DNA from: Octopus vulgaris
Taxonomy: Eukaryota
Length of the DNA stretch: 64,000 bases
Direction: 5' to 3'
NCBI GenBank assembly: GCA_951406725.2
Contig: OX597833.1
Coordinates: 66,092,001 to 66,156,000, forward strand
Below are positions 56,701-64,000 of the stretch, piece after piece. A model generated the notes under the pieces. It did no database searches. It was not told where the DNA came from and saw only the letters and a list, made by a program, of their open reading frames with translations. Made by a program: the position numbers and the translations under genes. Within the stretch, counting starts at the first letter, position 1; the number at the start of each line of letters is the position of its first letter.

Positions 56701-56751
56701 TTTGTCAGTGAACAGGTCGCAGTCTTAAAGCGACGAAAATATTTTGACAAA
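56701..56751 (+). ncRNA. Hammerhead-fold motif with swapped G3-C8 core pair
   Basis: UUUGUCA GUGAACA G GUCGC-agucuuaaa-GCGAC GAAAA-UA-UUU^ UGACAAA. 7-bp stem I, 5-bp stem II, palindromic AAUAUU stem III. Confidence 0.65.
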
Positions 56752-56871
56752 TTAAACTTAAATGTTGAAGTGAATCGAACGGCTTTTGTGTGTTTCTTAA
56801 ATGGCTTACAAACACCTTCCACGCTGCAATTGTTATTAGATAATTAGTGTATTTCTACGGCTTCACCTGAA

Positions 56872-57109
56872 CCCAATGTCTGGCCTCTTAATTTCCCCAA
56901 ATGTAAATCCAGTGGGTTACAATGCGTGAGCCAGAGTTGTAAAAGACACCAAGCGCTCTGCCTGCAGCACCAGGGCCGAGATGGTAGCCAAGATCATGGA
57001 AGAGTTCAGAGATCCTTCCAGGGGTACTGTGAGGAACGCATGCGCCAGGTTCCGGAACCATCTTAAGGCCGTTGAAGAAGATAAGGGCGGCTGTTTTGAG
57101 AAAAGCTAA
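56872..57109 (+). pseudogene. Tc1/mariner-type transposase C-terminal remnant
   Basis: PNVWPLNFPKC/NPVGYNA*ARVVKDT...VRNACARFRNHLKAVEEDKGGCFE, a decayed WPPxSPDxNPxDY motif and C-terminus. Confidence 0.75.
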
Positions 57110-57228
57110 TTTGGGTACTTTTTTTTTTATATTTTGAAAATAGTTTTATGTTTGGATGGGATATTGTGGTTTTATGTAAACTGTCAAATTTAGCCCAAAC
57201 TCGCTTTGCGTGTGTGTGTTTGTGTGTG

Positions 57229-57286
<58 letters not shown>

Positions 57287-57479
57287 TGTGTGTGTGTATT
57301 CAATTCATTCTGTTAGGGAAATATTAAAACAAAACTTTCATTACAAAAGCACTCAAATTCTTACAAATGTATGTATATATACATATACACATATATGTGT
57401 GTGTGTGTGTGTATACGTATGTATATATGTAAGTAGGTAAGTATGTAAGTATAGAGAGAGAAAGAGAGAGAGCGCAAGG

Positions 57480-57511
<32 letters not shown>

Positions 57512-57545
57512 TGAAACACTCACAAACACACACACACACACATAG

Positions 57546-57580
<35 letters not shown>

Positions 57581-57812
57581 TGTATGTATGTATGTATGTA
57601 TGTATGTATGTATTAGCCTATTTGTGCGTATGTACGTGTTGTGTGTATGTGTGCACACATGCGCATGCGCGTATGTGTATTGCTTTCTCAAACTTCATTA
57701 CCGCTTCCAGCCAGTGATGGGCTGCGACCATCGAGTGGTACTTCCATCCAAAATAATTGGTTACAACCGCAAGGAATTAGCAATTATATCAACACAGACA
57801 TACATACATACA

Positions 57813-57844
<32 letters not shown>

Positions 57845-57897
57845 CATATATATATATACATATATACATATACATATATACATATATACATATATAT

Positions 57898-58004
<107 letters not shown>

Positions 58005-58219
58005 TCATGTTGCATTGATATATTTGTTTCAATTATATACCAGGCTTATCTTTTGACTAATTAAACTATTTCTCCACCAGCAGCAATCATAAATATTATT
58101 TTTGTCTAAAATATTTGTTTTTCCATTCACTGAAAAATACCCATTGTTCTTTTAATCATCCAATTCAAATGTTTGTTTGTTTACCTTTTCTTCTTCTTCT
58201 TCTTCTTCTTCTTCTTCTC

Positions 58220-58312
<93 letters not shown>

Positions 58313-58394
58313 ACACACACACACAGATTATGTATATGTATAGATATGCATACATATATATATATATATCGATAGATAGATAGATAGATATATC

Positions 58395-58425
<31 letters not shown>

Positions 58426-58456
58426 ATATATATATATACATATATATATACGCATA

Positions 58457-58489
<33 letters not shown>

Positions 58490-58604
58490 TTACATATATA
58501 TATACATATATATGCATACATATATATATATATATATACATACATATATACATATATATATGTATATATATATATATATATATATGTACATACATATATA
58601 CATA

Positions 58605-58645
<41 letters not shown>

Positions 58646-58675
58646 GTATGCATATATATGTATATATATATGTAA

Positions 58676-58708
<33 letters not shown>

Positions 58709-58729
58709 TATGCGTATATATATATGTAT

Positions 58730-58791
<62 letters not shown>

Positions 58792-59094
58792 CATATATGT
58801 ACGGACTTTTAAAATGGCTTCACTTTCGGTTTTGATATTTATATTTTTATTCTGGAATTTCTTTCGCGTTCTTCTAGTCCACTTCTTCTGGTTTCTCCAT
58901 CTTATTATAATCTCTCATCGTTACCACCATCCTTGCTGTTGTTGTATTAACTCCGCTTAACTGCGTAACATAATTGTTCTTCGATTTATAACAAAATCAG
59001 AGATAGATAGAGAGATAGATAGATAGATACATGCATACATACAGAGATAGATAGATACATACATATATGCATGCACACATGCATAGATACAGAT

Positions 59095-59248
<154 letters not shown>

Positions 59249-59519
59249 TGACAGATAGATACATACATACATACATACATTCATACATACATACAGAGAT
59301 AGATAGATAGATAGATAGATAGATACATACATACATACATACATACATACATACATACATACATACATACATACATACATACATACATACATACATACAT
59401 ACATACATACATACATACATACATACATACAGTTGTAGAAACCAGCTGTCCAGCTGATGTTAACATAAAGCTAAAGAGCAGCTTACATTCACACGTTTAC
59501 ATTCACACCTAACTGACAG

Positions 59520-59725
59520 TCTTGAATAATTGTGGATATTCAGAAAAGGAATTGTAAATACAAGCTGTAAGTGGAACTGTAAAGATATACAAGACTTTTC
59601 TCAAGTTTCAAATGTGACATTGCTTTCGTTATCTACATTCCAATGATGGAGCTTTGTACCTTTGTTAGAAACCAGCTCCTTCATCTAATGAATTACTTAA
59701 ATAATCAAAAGCAGAAAAGGACATA
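59520..59725 (+). pseudogene. 3' end of the RLE-type non-LTR element
   Basis: IQAVSGTVKIYKTFLKFQM* plus a 3' UTR similar to 24253-24340 (ttacattcc...gaaaccagctcctt); located near (CATA)n. Confidence 0.75.
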
Positions 59726-60017
59726 CCTACATACATAAACATCTGTGTGCGCGCCTAAGTATGTGTGTGTATAGTGTACTGGTAATGTTTTCGTAGGGGG
59801 AGAGTATGCCTTCTAGATTAAATTAAAGAAGGATTGAAATTTTGTATTTTAGTTCAGAGGGGAAAGAAGAGATGCACAGCATAGATAAATTTAATGTTTC
59901 TTTTTTGTTACACATTATAAAGATGTTTAAATTTCCAGTCGCTTTAGCCATGTATAGCACCATTTCATCCTTATTTGAAATCGTCAGCATGGCACAACCT
60001 GAAGCAAATATATATAT

Positions 60018-60081
<64 letters not shown>

Positions 60082-60086
60082 ATATA

Positions 60087-60302
60087 CAGTAATCCCTCGC
60101 CATATCGCGGTTTATTAATTAAGCTTACGTCGATTACTCCGTAGTGTTGGTTTGCATTTATATTTATGATAAAATAAATATATACAAATTATAAAAATAA
60201 TTTTTTTTTAATATATAGTACAATACTGTTTCTACTTCATGGATTTTCACCCATCGCGAGGGAGTTTGGAACGTAACACCCACGATAGTCGAGGGATTAC
60301 TG
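60087..60302. mobile_element. Tigger/pogo-like MITE
   Basis: Perfect 13-bp TIR cagtaatccctcg / cgagggattactg with TA duplication. Confidence 0.88.
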
Positions 60303-60527
60303 TATACAAATATCACTACCACTGTATCATTGTATTGACCATATTTTTATACACCACTCGTCACAATGCGCTTCCTCGCATCGCTGTAGTCGTCATATGA
60401 TGCCGCTAAGTAGATGAGCAGACTATATGCATATATAGGGAGAGTTTACGAAAAAAACAAAAGACGAAGACAGGTGGTGTACAAAACAAACAGATGTATT
60501 AGTATAACGTTCAGGAATAGAAAAAGT

Positions 60528-60563
60528 CTTTTACGTTTCAAGCCTACGCTCTTCTACAGAAAG
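60528..60563 (-). ncRNA. Minimal hammerhead-like motif (A6U variant) in repeat 60437-60623
   Basis: Minus: CUUU CUGUAGA A GAGC-guag-GCUU GAAAC GUA^ AAAG. The surrounding sequence matches 46465-46590, and a related fragment lies at 48315-48383. Confidence 0.6.
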
Positions 60564-61089
60564 GGACACAAAAAAACAAGGAGAGAAAAAATATGTGTAG
60601 TGACTAACGATCTATCATGGCGACATACATACATACATACATACATTAGTATGTACGTGTATGTCGATGTTGTTTCTAACATCTCCAAAGTTAACACCTG
60701 AGGTAGTTAAGGAGAAGTAACTCACATCAACTATTTAAAAGTTACCCTTCTTAGAGGAAGCGGAAGTGCTTACATATTTACATTTTTCTTGAAATATATT
60801 TTCGTTTCTTATTTTCTGTTTTGGCTTGTTGGTTTTTTGTTGTCTTTTGTTGTGTTTTTTTTTCGTAATATCTCAAAATTTATACAATACATTGGTGTTC
60901 ATTGAACACAGCCCTGATCCCAGAAACTAATGTTAAGCAGGGTGGCGGATTAAGCCCAGCACGCGAAGATCAACACCAATCCTACTGGCAGGTTTCCATA
61001 CAGTTTCCATCTACCAAATTCTTCCCGAAAGTTATGGGTCAACATGCAGATATGATTAAAAAGAAGCACCTACTCAAGATGCCGCGCAA

Positions 61090-61475
61090 TCATCATCATC
61101 GTTCGACCGTGGTCGAGACAATGGAATTTACTGTGATACGCCAGACTTCATGGTCCATCATAGCATTACGGAGGTCCTGTTGCTGGATGCCTGTATCCCT
61201 GGAGATTACATCAGGGTAGGAGAGTGTGCGCCCTCTGGTATCGCGAGCAGATGGCTTCCAGAGGAGAAGAGTAGAAATTACCTCGTTTTCAGCTCTACAA
61301 CGATGTCCAGCAAACTGGACTCTTCTGCCTTTCACAAGAGATGATACAGGTGGTAATTTCCCATATATTTGTACTTTGGTTGGATGACGCTTCCACGAGA
61401 GATTTTGAGCTCTCATAAGGAGGTGAGTGTAAGTTCCATCCAACAGCCTCTCAAGCCTCTCAAGCTTCTTTATCA
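61090..61475 (-). mobile_element. 5'-truncated RTE-type LINE 3' end
   Basis: ORF LERLLDGTYTHLLMRAQNLSWKRHPTK...RRVQFAGH...LLWKP...RGR...AMMDHEVWR, followed by a (TGA)n tail; typical RTE-group C-terminus. Confidence 0.8.
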
Positions 61476-61556
61476 AAGAAGCCGTGCAATAGTATCGAAC
61501 TCAAAATTGAAAGGTTGCAAAGCAAATGCTTTATCGATGCAGCCATTTTTGTACAG

Positions 61557-61779
61557 CTCTTTACTCTTTACTCTTTTACTCTTTTACTTGTTTCAGTCAT
61601 TTGACTGCGGCCATGCTGGAGCACCGCTTTTAGTCGTGCAAATTGACCCCGGGACTTATTCTTTGTAAGCCCAGTACTTATTCTATCGGTCTCTTTTGCC
61701 GAACCGCTAAGTGACGGGGACGTAAACACACCAGCATCGGTTGTCAAGCAATGCTAGGGTGACAAACACAGACACATAA

Positions 61780-61858
<79 letters not shown>

Positions 61859-62018
61859 TACGACAGGCTTCTTTCAGTTTTCGTCTACCAAATCCACTCA
61901 CAAGGCATTGGTCGGCTCGGGACTATAATAGAAGACACTTGCCCAAGATGCCACGCAGTGGGACTGAACCCGGAACCATGTGGTTGGTTAGCAAGCTACT
62001 TACCACACAGCCACTCCT
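61557..62018 (-). mobile_element. Family-B SINE, near full length
   Basis: Highly similar to 32963-33370; (GTAAAAGA)n tail. Confidence 0.92.
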
Positions 62019-62625
62019 AAAAAAAAGACTTTTTTATTATTACTAATTTACAGAACTTAACAACATTCCCAGCTTAACTAATATATTATTAACATAACAA
62101 AACTTCAAATGGCTGTCCACACGTTAGTAAGATAAACACGGTTTTTCTTTTCACCTATATCATGTGATGTGTGCGTCTGTGTGTGTGAGAAAGAGAGAGA
62201 GAGAGTGTGTGATAAAAATGTTTGGAGTATCTTCTAGAAGAACCGTTTATACAAGTTCAACGAGTTACTAAAGCCATAGAGTGCAGAATGGTGTTAAACA
62301 ATTTCTTTTACTCCACTTTCTCCGATTCGTATTCTATAATAGGTGATGTTTCGACGTAAACTTTGCTCTTCGCTGTAAAAATCGAAAATTATTGTACCTT
62401 AGGCATTCTTCGTACTTCGATCTGTCGGTTTACATAAATGTCGCTTGTGTGTGTGTGTGTGTGTGTGCATGTGTGTGTGTATGTGTGTCTGTATGTGTGT
62501 ATGTGTGCATGTGTGTGTATGTGTGTGTGTGTGTGCGTAAGTGTTTGTATGTATGTATATATATTCCGGTTAGGAACTGAAATGCTAATAACCTTTTTCA
62601 CCCCAATTTCTGAAATACACAGACA

Positions 62626-62694
<69 letters not shown>

Positions 62695-63344
62695 ATATAT
62701 ATATATATATATATACATACAATCATTGACTACTATTTACATGTTATAAACAAAAATACAGTCTTTAACCACAACAACACGGCAATCATAAGGCTCGACC
62801 CACAAGATGAACCAAAATTATACAAAAATATTTGCCAAACTCAAAAAAAAAAATTACACTATCCAATGCAACCGAGCTGAAACTTCGACGTCACTACCAG
62901 CCCTTTCTTTATAAAACACACACACACACACACAAACACACACAAATACACACATAAACACAAACACACACACACATATACATACATACTCACTCTTATT
63001 CTTTTACCACATAATAATCTATGGCCGTTCTGCATTACTGTCATATTTCTGTCAATAATATTTTCTCAAAGAAGAATTAGACCGGTGCCAAGTCAAAGAC
63101 AATGTCAGTTCCTGCTGTTACCGAAGAATATATTCTTTACTTCATCCATCAAAAACAGAAGCGTTGTTGCTTTGCTGTTGTTCTTCTTAATATTATTAAC
63201 ATTATTATTATTGTTCTTATCGTTATTTCTGTTGTCTTTGTCGTTATTATTATTATTATTATTATCATTATTATTATCATTATTATTTTTTTCTTCTTCT
63301 TTCAAATTTGCTTCCATTTCTTGCCGAGCGTCTTCCCGACTCCT

Positions 63345-63353
63345 AGATTATTA

Positions 63354-63387
<34 letters not shown>

Positions 63388-63428
63388 CATTATTATTATT
63401 ATCATTATTATTATTATTATTATTATTA

Positions 63429-63459
<31 letters not shown>

Positions 63460-63521
63460 CATTATTATTATTATCATTATTATTATTATTATTATTATTA
63501 TCATTATTATTATTATTATTA

Positions 63522-63555
<34 letters not shown>

Positions 63556-63686
63556 CATCATTATCATTATTATTATCATTATCATTATTATCATTATTAT
63601 TATTATCATTATTATTATTATTGCTATTATTATTGTTGTTAATATTATTATTATTATTATTATTATTATCATTATTATTATTATTA

Positions 63687-63717
<31 letters not shown>

Positions 63718-63734
63718 CATTATTATTATTATTA

Positions 63735-63777
<43 letters not shown>

Positions 63778-63794
63778 CATTATTATTATTATTA

Positions 63795-63837
<43 letters not shown>

Positions 63838-63908
63838 CATTATTATTATTATTATCATTATTATTATCATTATTATTATTATTATTATTATCATTATTAT
63901 TATTATTA

Positions 63909-63948
<40 letters not shown>

Positions 63949-64000
63949 CATCATTATCATTATTATTATCATTATCATTATTATCATTATTATTATTATC
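63345..64000. repeat. (ATT)n/(ATC) compound microsatellite running off the window
   Basis: Directly visible. Confidence 0.95.

Larger units (their letters stand above)
56465..56834. mobile_element. Fold-back element with 140-bp near-identical arms
   Basis: 56525-56664 versus 56695-56834. The identical MEGVCKPFKKH... ORFs on both strands reflect the palindrome. Confidence 0.92.

Noticed and set aside
56537-56822. Twin MEGVCKPFKKH... ORFs, with a similar one at 17632-17826
   Set aside because: Artefact of the palindromic repeat; no domain recognised.

Overview
AT-rich, microsatellite-saturated eukaryotic non-coding DNA. The SINE repertoire and the (AT)n/(CATA)n/(AAT)n/(GATA)n load point to an octopod cephalopod (inferred, not searched). 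I can support no intact host gene, and nearly all long ORFs in the track are microsatellite translations. Recognisable content: tRNA-headed SINEs of at least four types; hAT and Tigger-type MITEs with TSDs; Tc1/mariner transposase remnants; an RTE LINE 3' end; restriction-like-endonuclease (R4/Dong-like) LINE 3' ends; and a decayed Penelope-like element (RT thumb plus GIY-YIG) with an internal inversion. The main signal is at RNA level. About 12 complete or near-complete and about 7 degenerate or half type I hammerhead ribozyme motifs, from several unrelated short non-coding elements, lie on both strands. Many are in fold-back (inverted-repeat) elements beside microsatellites, and seven cluster at 43.8-46.8 kb. 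Most have a self-complementary mini stem III (dimer-type). Several carry recurrent catalytic-core variants: G3-C8 swap, U4C and A6U. All alignments, folds and translations were done by eye, and ribozyme activity is untested.
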